Source of the DNA: a virus
Taxonomy: Duplodnaviria; Caudoviricetes
DNA: 25,461 nucleotides
Reading direction: 5' to 3' (one strand)
IMG/VR virus record: IMGVR_UViG_3300011338_000435
Coordinates: 1 to 25,461 of that record
In this document: positions 18,304 to 25,461 of the stretch, in pieces
How the letters are laid out: every line of letters starts with the position of its first letter
How positions within the stretch are numbered: the stretch's first letter is position 1
Made by a program: the position numbers and the translations under genes
Notes under the pieces: generated by a model
The model's input: only the letters and a program-made list of their open reading frames with translations
Told to the model about the DNA's origin: nothing
The model's database searches: none

Positions 18304-20472
18304 ATGATTAAGAAAGACAAAATATACGAACTTAAGATAGAAGAAGATGATGAATTATCAGGTATTGACTCAATTAGTTTAGGTGATACTCCGGCACTTG
18401 AGATTAATTGGATGTACTTTAGTAAAGAAAAACCTCATGAATTTCATATCCCCGATAATGAAGATAGTAAATATATTGAGAAATTAAAATCTATTGCAAA
18501 GAATGAACAGGAACTATTTGACGAAGGTTGGGTGGTCTCTAAAGTAATTCCATTAGGTAAAGAAGGTTTTATATCTGCACCAGACCCAAACGGACCATCA
18601 GTAGAAAATGAAAAAGAATATAGAGTAAGATACAAATACGTATTAAATCCTCAAGCACAATCACCATCAATTATTCCAACAACAAGAGATTTTTGTAGAG
18701 AATTAGTTCAAAAAAATTATGTATGGAGATTGGAAGATTTAGATACATTAACCAACGATGAGGGTGATAGTGCGTTAGTATGGCGTGGAGGATATAATTG
18801 TCGTCATTTATGGGCTCGTATTGAATATACATTAGATAGTACCATTAGAAATAAAGCGTCCGTAAATACGGGTAAAATTGACCCACAAGCACCATTGGAC
18901 ACAAGGGTATTAGGAATGGAACAACCAGATACAAGGGTTCCTGAATGGCCTTCATTCTCTAAACAAGGATTTGAAAGGGTTTCTATTGATTATGATGATA
19001 CTTTATCTACTCAACGAGGTAAAGACCTTGCAAGAAGATTATTATTGGAAGGAAAGGAATTAGTAGTAGTTACAAGACGTAGAGATAGTGAAATGGGTAT
19101 AGTTAATAAAGTAGCAAAAGAAGTAGGAATTGATAAGGTATATAATACCAATGGTCAATTGAAATGGAAAAAATTAAAGGAATTAGGGATTCAACGACAT
19201 ATTGATAATAATCCTGATGAGATTGCTGCAATTAAAAAGAACGCACCACTTATTAGAGCTGATAAATTTGAAATGACTTGTCCTAAAGCTACTCAAGATA
19301 TTGCAACAAATTTAAAGAATAGACAGAACGCAATAGAGACCGCAAATTATGGTCCATTAAATCCTAATGAACCTAATGAAGATTATTGGAAGAAGAAAGC
19401 GGATATGTTCGGTGGTGATGTTCAATCAGCAAAAAAATCATTATGTGGTAATTGTGTATTTTTTGTTCAAACAAAAAGTATGTTGGATTGTATTGCTAAT
19501 GGAATTAATGACGTAAATGAATGGGATACAATAGATGCGGGTGATTTAGGTTATTGTGAAGCGTTTGATTTTAAGTGTGCAGCTTCAAGAACTTGTGATG
19601 CTTGGGTTGTTGGTGGACCAATAGTTGAAGAACAAATGGAAAGTGTTTCTGATTATCCTGATAGTGTTAAAAATAACGCAAAATCGGTATTGGATTATGT
19701 TGAAAAGAATGGATGGGGAGATTGTGGAACTGAAGTTGGTAAGATTAGAGCAAATCAACTTGCTAAAGGTGAACCAATCAGTATAGATACAGTTAAAAGA
19801 ATGTATAGTTACTTATCACGTCATGAAGTTGATTTAGAAAGTTCAAAAGGATTTGGTGATGGATGTGGATCGCTTATGTACGCCGCATGGGGAGGTAAGA
19901 GTGCTTTATCTTGGGCTGAAAGTAAATTAAAGAATTTTGGTTATGATGTAAGTACAATAGGTGGATATGAAGACCCTAATATCAAAAAGAAAAAGAAGAA
20001 AGACCAAAAGTTTGCAATAGATAGTGAAGAAAAACGTACAATAGTTGGACCAGCAATGGTTCCTGATTTACGCATCCCACGTCGCACAAAAGATGGTGAT
20101 ATGTATGAGGTTTATTTCAGTTCAGAAACTATCAAGATGATAGCGGACAAGTATATGAAGAACCAATACACTCGTAATAACGATTTAATGCACGATGGTA
20201 CAGCTGTTAAAGATGTATATGTTGTTGAGAGTTGGATTAAAGAAGACGAGAATGATAAGTCAATAAAGTATGGTTATGGTGATTTACCAATAGGAACTTG
20301 GTTTGTTGCGATGAAATGTGCTAAAACTCCTGAAGGTGATAAAGTTTGGGAGATGGTTAAGTCAGGTGAATTAGCTGGTTATTCTGTAAGTGGATGGTTT
20401 GAAGAAGTGGCTCAATTCTGTAGAGAGGAAATGTTTTTACAGAAAGTAGTAGAGATATTGAAGAAATATTAA
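18304..20472 (+). CDS. Prohead maturation serine protease (XkdF-like) with multiple inserted domains
   Basis: N-terminal segment YEL...SGIDSISL..TPALE..WMYFS and C-terminal core EEKRTIVGPAMVPD...VYFSSETIK...LMHDG...VVESWI...LPIGTWFVAMK...VKSGELAGYSVSG (candidate catalytic His at 20191, Ser at 20383). Directly upstream of scaffold and capsid genes. Confidence 0.82.
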   Translation: MIKKDKIYELKIEEDDELSGIDSISLGDTPALEINWMYFSKEKPHEFHIPDNEDSKYIEKLKSIAKNEQELFDEGWVVSKVIPLGKEGFISAPDPNGPSVENEKEYRVRYKYVLNPQAQSPSIIPTTRDFCRELVQKNYVWRLEDLDTLTNDEGDSALVWRGGYNCRHLWARIEYTLDSTIRNKASVNTGKIDPQAPLDTRVLGMEQPDTRVPEWPSFSKQGFERVSIDYDDTLSTQRGKDLARRLLLEGKELVVVTRRRDSEMGIVNKVAKEVGIDKVYNTNGQLKWKKLKELGIQRHIDNNPDEIAAIKKNAPLIRADKFEMTCPKATQDIATNLKNRQNAIETANYGPLNPNEPNEDYWKKKADMFGGDVQSAKKSLCGNCVFFVQTKSMLDCIANGINDVNEWDTIDAGDLGYCEAFDFKCAASRTCDAWVVGGPIVEEQMESVSDYPDSVKNNAKSVLDYVEKNGWGDCGTEVGKIRANQLAKGEPISIDTVKRMYSYLSRHEVDLESSKGFGDGCGSLMYAAWGGKSALSWAESKLKNFGYDVSTIGGYEDPNIKKKKKKDQKFAIDSEEKRTIVGPAMVPDLRIPRRTKDGDMYEVYFSSETIKMIADKYMKNQYTRNNDLMHDGTAVKDVYVVESWIKEDENDKSIKYGYGDLPIGTWFVAMKCAKTPEGDKVWEMVKSGELAGYSVSGWFEEVAQFCREEMFLQKVVEILKKY

Positions 20473-20499
20473 AATAATTTGGGAATATATACGTAATTA

Positions 20500-20507
20500 T
20501 ATATTTA
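20500..20507 (+). promoter_or_regulatory. TATATTTA motif, putative promoter of scaffold-capsid unit
   Basis: Core 8-mer in the intergenic gap, TTTG 18 nt upstream (20478-20481), followed by a 39-nt A-rich leader. Confidence 0.5.
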
Positions 20508-20546
20508 GTAATAGAATTAATAAATAAACAAAAAAACAAATAGATT

Positions 20547-21296
20547 ATGTCTAATCCAAAAACCGCTATCAACGAAATTAAGAAATTAATGGTTCAGTTC
20601 GGTTTCATGACGGAAGAAGCAACTCCATTGTCTTTTAAATTAGAAGATGATACTATTATCAACACCGAGAAATTAGAAGTTGGTAAATCAGTTAGTAAAA
20701 TCAATGAAGCGTTTGAAGCAGTAGCTTTAGAGGATGGTTCATATAAATTAAAAGAGAATTTTGAGATTGAAGTTTCCAACGGTGAAATTACTGCAGTTAA
20801 AGAAATATTCGTAGAAGCAAAATTGAAAGATGGTACTGTTGTTAAGGTTGAGGGTGATAGTTTGGCTGAAGGTGCTGCTGTTAAAGTAGTAACTGAAGAA
20901 ATGCCAGACGGTATTGCTGCACCTGATGGAGTACATATGTTAGAAGACGGTTCTGAAGTTGAAACTAAAGATGGTATTATTGTTTCTGTTAAATCACCTG
21001 AAGGTATGATGGATGGTGAATCAGAACCAATGCCTGAAGATCGTATTGATGCAGGTGACCCAATTCAAGTAGAATTGATGGAAATGTTGAAAGATTTTGT
21101 AAAGAAAATTTCTGAAAAAATGTCCACAATGGAACAAAATTATTCTTCATTACAAAATGAGTTTAACGCGTTCAAATCTGAACCAGCAGCTAAAAAAATT
21201 GCTGATGGTAAAACGGAATTTAATAAAATATCTGGAAATAGTGCTGATGATAAATTCAACTCACTTATGGCTTTCAGACAAATTAATAAAAAATAA
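20547..21296 (+). CDS. Capsid scaffolding protein
   Basis: Acidic, lies between protease and capsid genes, two L-x-D(G/D)-containing beta repeats followed by a C-terminal coiled coil. Confidence 0.7.
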   Translation: MSNPKTAINEIKKLMVQFGFMTEEATPLSFKLEDDTIINTEKLEVGKSVSKINEAFEAVALEDGSYKLKENFEIEVSNGEITAVKEIFVEAKLKDGTVVKVEGDSLAEGAAVKVVTEEMPDGIAAPDGVHMLEDGSEVETKDGIIVSVKSPEGMMDGESEPMPEDRIDAGDPIQVELMEMLKDFVKKISEKMSTMEQNYSSLQNEFNAFKSEPAAKKIADGKTEFNKISGNSADDKFNSLMAFRQINKK

Positions 21297-21320
21297 TTAA
21301 AAAACAAAAACGAATTAAAA

Positions 21321-22289
21321 ATGAAAATTTATTCAAAAGACGAATTTAGTTATGTAGTAAGTACAATCACTGGTTTTACTGACCAATCTTCTACTGAAAT
21401 TATAGCTAAAGCTCTTATCGGAGCAACAACTCCTGCAAACACAACTGTAAAGTTAGGCGTTCGCGGAACCCAACAGATTCAATTGCTAAATTCAGCACCA
21501 AGTTTCCAAACAGGAGCTTGTGGATGGAACGCATCTGGTACAACAACTTTCACTAAAGTAAGTTTAGCATCTCAACATGAGAAGGTAAATGAAGAATTAT
21601 GTTTCCAACAATTATGGGATACATATCAATCATTGTTATTACCTCCAGGTCAAGACCCTGAAACTGTTCCATTCCTTGATTCAATCATTGAATTAAAAGT
21701 GAAACAAATTCAACAACGTATTGAGCAAAAATTATGGGGTGCTTTAGTAGCATCAGGAGATACCTTCAACGGTTTCAACTACTTAATTACAACTGGTAAC
21801 ACATCTGTTGCAACATCTGCTTCAGGTACAACTTTCAGTTCAACTGCTGCTTACGGTTCTAATGGTAACCCAATCACTGAAGTAGATAAATTAATTTCTG
21901 CTTTATCTGATGACGCTTTAGTGTTTGATGATTTAGTAGTGTTTATGTCTTACTCTAACTTCCGTCTTTACAACCAAGCGTTGGTTAAAGCTAACTTCTT
22001 CCAAAACTACATTGGTACAACTAACGTAACTGGTAACATGAGTGCAATTCACCCATCTACTAACGTAAAAGTATTACCTACAATAGGTCTTGCAGGAAGC
22101 AATAAAGTAACAATCGGACCAGCATCTTATATGTTCTGTGGTTTTGACTTAATGTCAGATCATGAAAGAATGGATGCGTTCTGGTCAAGAGATTTTGATG
22201 TTATGAAGATTAGAGCTAACTACTCTTACGCTGCTAACATCGCAGTATTTGCTGGTACAAACTACTTCGCAACTAACGGTTTATCTTAA
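21321..22289 (+). CDS. Major capsid protein
   Basis: 322 aa, follows the scaffold. Codon choice suggests high expression (ttc, aac, tac, ggt, gct). Motifs QTGACGWNASGTTTFT...KVNEELC seen in capsids of Bacteroidota-type phages. Followed by a hairpin. Confidence 0.85.
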   Translation: MKIYSKDEFSYVVSTITGFTDQSSTEIIAKALIGATTPANTTVKLGVRGTQQIQLLNSAPSFQTGACGWNASGTTTFTKVSLASQHEKVNEELCFQQLWDTYQSLLLPPGQDPETVPFLDSIIELKVKQIQQRIEQKLWGALVASGDTFNGFNYLITTGNTSVATSASGTTFSSTAAYGSNGNPITEVDKLISALSDDALVFDDLVVFMSYSNFRLYNQALVKANFFQNYIGTTNVTGNMSAIHPSTNVKVLPTIGLAGSNKVTIGPASYMFCGFDLMSDHERMDAFWSRDFDVMKIRANYSYAANIAVFAGTNYFATNGLS

Positions 22290-22318
22290 TTGATATTCTA
22301 AAATAGATTAAAAAAACA

Positions 22319-22339
22319 AAAGGGGTGAAAGTCCCCTTT
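22319..22339 (+). terminator. Stem-loop after the capsid gene (weak terminator or processing/stability hairpin)
   Basis: AAAGGGG-tgaaagt-CCCCTTT with only a short T tract. Confidence 0.6.
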
Positions 22340-22369
22340 ATAAAAAACAAAAAATTAAATATATATAAT

Positions 22370-22939
22370 ATGTCATGTTTTATTAGTTCAGGTGCCGCAT
22401 TAGGATGTTCAGATTCAATCGGTGGCGTGAAAAAAATATATGTTGCAGGTCAATCAGGTTTTACATCTGGTTACACTTACAACACTGATGGTGCTGTAAC
22501 AGGTGCTACAGATGCTGGTGATGTTGTTTTATACGGTTTTGAATTGAAAAGAAATACAAGTTCATACGTACAAACTACAACAAAATCATACGAAAATGGT
22601 ACTGTATATTGGGAACAAGTTCTTACTGCGGTTTTATTTAAATACGACCAAGAAAAGAGAAACCAATTAAAAGTATTAGGTCAAAACGATAATTTACAAA
22701 TTTTAGTAGTTGACCAAAATGATACTGTGTACGTAATGGGTCAAGTTAATTATTCTTATCTATCAGGTGGTGACGCAAACACAGGTTTGGCGTTAGGTGA
22801 TAGAAATGGATTTAACTTAAATTTTTCTGCACAAGAAGCGGAACCAAGTAGAGTTTTAGCTGCACCAGCAGGCTACACAGGAACAACTCCTGAAGCTTTA
22901 ATCGCTGCAGTTTATACTCAATCTCAAATCGTAGGTTAA
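22370..22939 (+). CDS. Major tail tube protein (putative)
   Basis: Start is ATG 22370 (MSCFISSG), since the track's GTG lies inside the hairpin. CSDSIGGVKKIY...FEL...SYENGTVYWEQVL...G.ALGDRNGFNLNF pattern and high-expression codon bias. Confidence 0.7.
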   Translation: MSCFISSGAALGCSDSIGGVKKIYVAGQSGFTSGYTYNTDGAVTGATDAGDVVLYGFELKRNTSSYVQTTTKSYENGTVYWEQVLTAVLFKYDQEKRNQLKVLGQNDNLQILVVDQNDTVYVMGQVNYSYLSGGDANTGLALGDRNGFNLNFSAQEAEPSRVLAAPAGYTGTTPEALIAAVYTQSQIVG

Positions 22940-22984
22940 TTGAAATGTTAGTCCTTTAGGACAATTTCTATATCTTCCAAAAAG

Positions 22985-23014
22985 AAAAAGGGGACTTTAT
23001 GTCCCTTTTTTTTT
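22985..23014 (+). terminator. Rho-independent terminator (potentially bidirectional)
   Basis: AAAAAG-GGGAC-tttat-GTCCC-T9. Confidence 0.88.
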
Positions 23015-23040
23015 AAATATACCTTTCCAATTGAATTTTT

Positions 23041-23050
23041 TTTATATTTA
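23041..23050 (+). promoter_or_regulatory. TTTATATTTA motif, putative promoter element
   Basis: 7 nt before ATG 23058 and just downstream of a strong terminator, where a new promoter is required. Confidence 0.62.
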
Positions 23051-23057
23051 GTTATAT

Positions 23058-23429
23058 ATGATATTATTAAATAAAGGTCAAGTTAATGAATTGGTGTTAA
23101 ATATCAATAATAACTCAAGAACCGACTTTTCGGAATATACACTTACTTTTTTAAACATCTTATCACAAGAGGTTAAATCTTATACCATTAGTACATCTAA
23201 TCCACTTCAGTTTGCTGAAAATATTAGGTATTGTGAGATTGTATTAGATTTAACTGTTAATGATTTAAACTACGAGGGACAATACCAATTAGATATATTT
23301 GGTAATGGTACCACAAAAGTATATACGGGTATGGTAAGATTATTAGGTACAACAGAACAAGGAAATACATTTACACAATATATTTCACCTGACGAGGATA
23401 ATTCCAATTACATTTATATTCAAGAATAA
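23058..23429 (+). CDS. Hypothetical virion protein (possible head-closure or Ig-like protein)
   Basis: 123-aa beta-rich ORF immediately upstream of the portal gene. Confidence 0.55.
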   Translation: MILLNKGQVNELVLNINNNSRTDFSEYTLTFLNILSQEVKSYTISTSNPLQFAENIRYCEIVLDLTVNDLNYEGQYQLDIFGNGTTKVYTGMVRLLGTTEQGNTFTQYISPDEDNSNYIYIQE

Positions 23430-23431
23430 TT

Positions 23432-24595
23432 ATGAGTGAAGAAAAACAAAAATACCAATTAAGTAGAGCACAATTTACACAAGAACCATTACTACCAATC
23501 TTTTCTGAAGTTTTAAACAGATTAGATTATGTATTATATGGTGAAGGTAATTTGATGCCTCAATACCTAATCAGTAGGTATAATAACTGTGCAATTCATA
23601 AAGCAATTGTAACATCAAAAAAAGAACAAATAATGGGTGATGGTATTGTTTCATTAAACAATCCAATGGCCACAATTTATCTTATTAACGATAAGGAAAG
23701 AATGGATGAAGTATTTGAGAAATGTGCGTTAGATTTGGTTCTATTTGGTGGGTTTGCGGTTAATTGTATTTGGAGTAGAGATAGAAAGAGTATTGCTGAA
23801 ATATACCACATTGATTTTAGTAGATTAAGAAGTGGTAAGATTAATCCTGAAACTGATAAGATTGAAAAATATTATTATTCTGCTGATTGGGGTAACATTA
23901 AAAAGTTCCCTGTTACAGAATATGATACGTTTAGTCAAGAAGATGGACGACCATCTCAAATATATTATTACAAACAATATAGTCCATCTCAATCATATTA
24001 CCCACATCCTGATTATAGTGGTGCTTTAGCAGCAATTAATATTGACGTACAGATTAAAGAATTTCACTCAAATAACTTAATGAATGGTATGATGCCTTCA
24101 TTATGGATAAACATGAACAATGGCTTACCAGGACCTGAAGAACAACGTTTAGTAACAAGAGCGTTAGAAGGTCAATTTACAAGTGTTAATAATGCTGGTA
24201 GACCAATTATATCATTCAATGAAAGTAAAGAATTGGCTCCTGAAATTACACAAATTGCAACATCAGGTAATGACCAATACTATTCTCAAATATATGATGA
24301 TATTATTAGAACAATATTATCAGGTCACAGAATATCAAGTGGAGAATTATTTGGTATTAGTACAGCAAACAAATTAGGTTCAAAAGATGAGATTGATACA
24401 CATATTACTTTCATCCGTAAATCTGTTATACAACCATATCAAAAACAATTATTAGGTGTATTTGATAAATTGGTTACATTAAAATTTGGTGTTCCAACAA
24501 CTTTTGAGATTAAACCAATGACAATATATGAAGTTGGTGATATTACTCAAGAACCTACAGTAGTAGATAAACCAACAACCCCAACACAAATATAA
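23432..24595 (+). CDS. Portal protein
   Basis: YGEGNLMPQYL...HKAIV..K...I.GDG, CALDLVLFGGFA, YYPHPDY, FH.NNL.NGMMPS, NAGR, ILSGHRISS..LFGI: the motif series of HK97-type portals. Confidence 0.88.
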   Translation: MSEEKQKYQLSRAQFTQEPLLPIFSEVLNRLDYVLYGEGNLMPQYLISRYNNCAIHKAIVTSKKEQIMGDGIVSLNNPMATIYLINDKERMDEVFEKCALDLVLFGGFAVNCIWSRDRKSIAEIYHIDFSRLRSGKINPETDKIEKYYYSADWGNIKKFPVTEYDTFSQEDGRPSQIYYYKQYSPSQSYYPHPDYSGALAAINIDVQIKEFHSNNLMNGMMPSLWINMNNGLPGPEEQRLVTRALEGQFTSVNNAGRPIISFNESKELAPEITQIATSGNDQYYSQIYDDIIRTILSGHRISSGELFGISTANKLGSKDEIDTHITFIRKSVIQPYQKQLLGVFDKLVTLKFGVPTTFEIKPMTIYEVGDITQEPTVVDKPTTPTQI

Positions 24596-24596
24596 T

Positions 24597-25226
24597 ATGG
24601 CAAACGTTTTACTCGTAAGCGAAAATAAATTAAAGGCGTTCACCAACGTAAATAAAAATGTGGACATGGACACAATCCGTGCTGAAATTGGTATTAGTCA
24701 AGATATTCAGCTTCAACCACTATTAGGTACAAAATTTTATGATCAATTATTATCTCAAGTAAATGCAACAGGAAATACATTTAATGCTGATGAATTAACA
24801 TTAGTAAATGAATATATAAGTCCATTTTTAATCCAAGTAAGTTATTACGAAATGATTCCACATTTACATTATCGTACAATGAACGTAGGTCTTGTTAAAG
24901 CTGGTGCAGTTGATGGTGGTAGAGATGGTGTAGATATTGAGACGATGAAATATCTTCGTACAATTCAAAAACAGCGTGCTGACTTTTACATGATGAGGTT
25001 ACAGGATTATTTAATCATTGGTAAGGGTCAAGGTAAATTCCCTGCGTATCTAAATCAAAATACAATGGATGGTATGTTACCAGATAAAAGTGAAAAATAT
25101 AATTCACCAATATATTTAAACCATACATCTCGTTATGGATATTCATTGGCTCAAACAATGAGAAATTTAGAAGTGTATAGTGATAGAGCACATTATGACC
25201 CTCCTTGTATGGATTGCGGATATTAA
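24597..25226 (+). CDS. Putative head-tail adaptor / connector protein
   Basis: Helical 209-aa protein right after the portal, with N.NVD...I..SQDI.LQPLLGTKFYD.L pattern. Role inferred from position. Confidence 0.55.
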   Translation: MANVLLVSENKLKAFTNVNKNVDMDTIRAEIGISQDIQLQPLLGTKFYDQLLSQVNATGNTFNADELTLVNEYISPFLIQVSYYEMIPHLHYRTMNVGLVKAGAVDGGRDGVDIETMKYLRTIQKQRADFYMMRLQDYLIIGKGQGKFPAYLNQNTMDGMLPDKSEKYNSPIYLNHTSRYGYSLAQTMRNLEVYSDRAHYDPPCMDCGY

Positions 25227-25237
25227 TATTAAATAAT

Positions 25238-25461
25238 ATGAACGAATATATATATCAAATTATCGGGGCAATTGCAACAACCATCATTGGTTATGTTGCT
25301 GGTTTCCGTAAATCAAAAAATGAAATTGAGGGTGGACGACTTGAGAATATGGAAAAATCTTTAAAGGTATATCAAATAATAATTGATGACCTATCAAGAA
25401 AGGTTGAAGAATTAACCACCCACATTTTAAGATTGGAACAAACAATAGAGAGTTTAAAACA
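25238..25461 (+). CDS. Holin-like membrane protein (3' truncated, not in ORF track)
   Basis: MNEYIYQIIGAIATTIIGYVAGFRKSK: one N-terminal transmembrane segment followed by basic residues and a coiled coil. Open to the window end. Confidence 0.55.
   Translation, partial: MNEYIYQIIGAIATTIIGYVAGFRKSKNEIEGGRLENMEKSLKVYQIIIDDLSRKVEELTTHILRLEQTIESLK

Noticed and set aside
18424-20010. Intein in the protease
   Set aside because: No C-terminal His-Asn followed by Cys/Ser/Thr and no recognisable splicing or LAGLIDADG blocks. The insert resolves into unrelated modules.
22325-22369. N-terminal extension MKVPFIKNKKLNIYN of the tube protein
   Set aside because: The GTG lies within the hairpin and the extension is just the A-rich leader. 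ATG 22370 is the plausible start.
24520-24560. Portal C-terminal YEVGDIT as a third copy of the capsid N-terminal peptide
   Set aside because: Only Y-x-V-x-x-I-T matches, too weak to distinguish from chance.
1-25461. Alternative genetic code (stop-codon reassignment)
   Set aside because: Genes are long and tightly packed under the standard code, and TAG (18159-18161) and TGA (1052-1054, 6752-6754) fall exactly at gene junctions.

Overview
The whole window is the virion-morphogenesis region of a tailed dsDNA phage, very AT-rich, with every credible gene on the + strand. No sheath gene is visible, so it is probably a siphovirus. A Bacteroidota/Flavobacteriia host is inferred from A-rich leaders without Shine-Dalgarno sites and a TAnnTTTG-like motif. 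Gene order: 3' part of terminase large subunit; small Cys domain protein; putative tail-assembly chaperone with a -1 slippery site; tandem-duplicated tail-completion-like protein; Gly-X-X tail fibre; lectin-like adsorption protein; neck protein; two tail-tip proteins (one 1885 aa with Pro/Thr linkers, BspA/DUF285 repeats and a second copy of the lectin-like domain); tape measure; a 41-aa basic ORF missing from the track; multidomain prohead protease; scaffold; major capsid; major tail tube; portal; head-tail adaptor; start of a holin-like gene. Most notable: (1) the protease domain is split by about 530 aa of passenger modules with Phe/Met at the junctions, and it carries a 14-aa near-copy of the capsid protein N-terminus, suggesting a self-processed capsid-cargo polyprotein; (2) a T9 -1 frameshift site followed by about 190 nt of dual-coding sequence; (3) a TTTATATTTA motif 5-7 nt before four start codons, possibly a promoter giving leaderless mRNAs. 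Functional calls come from motif recognition and synteny, not database searches.
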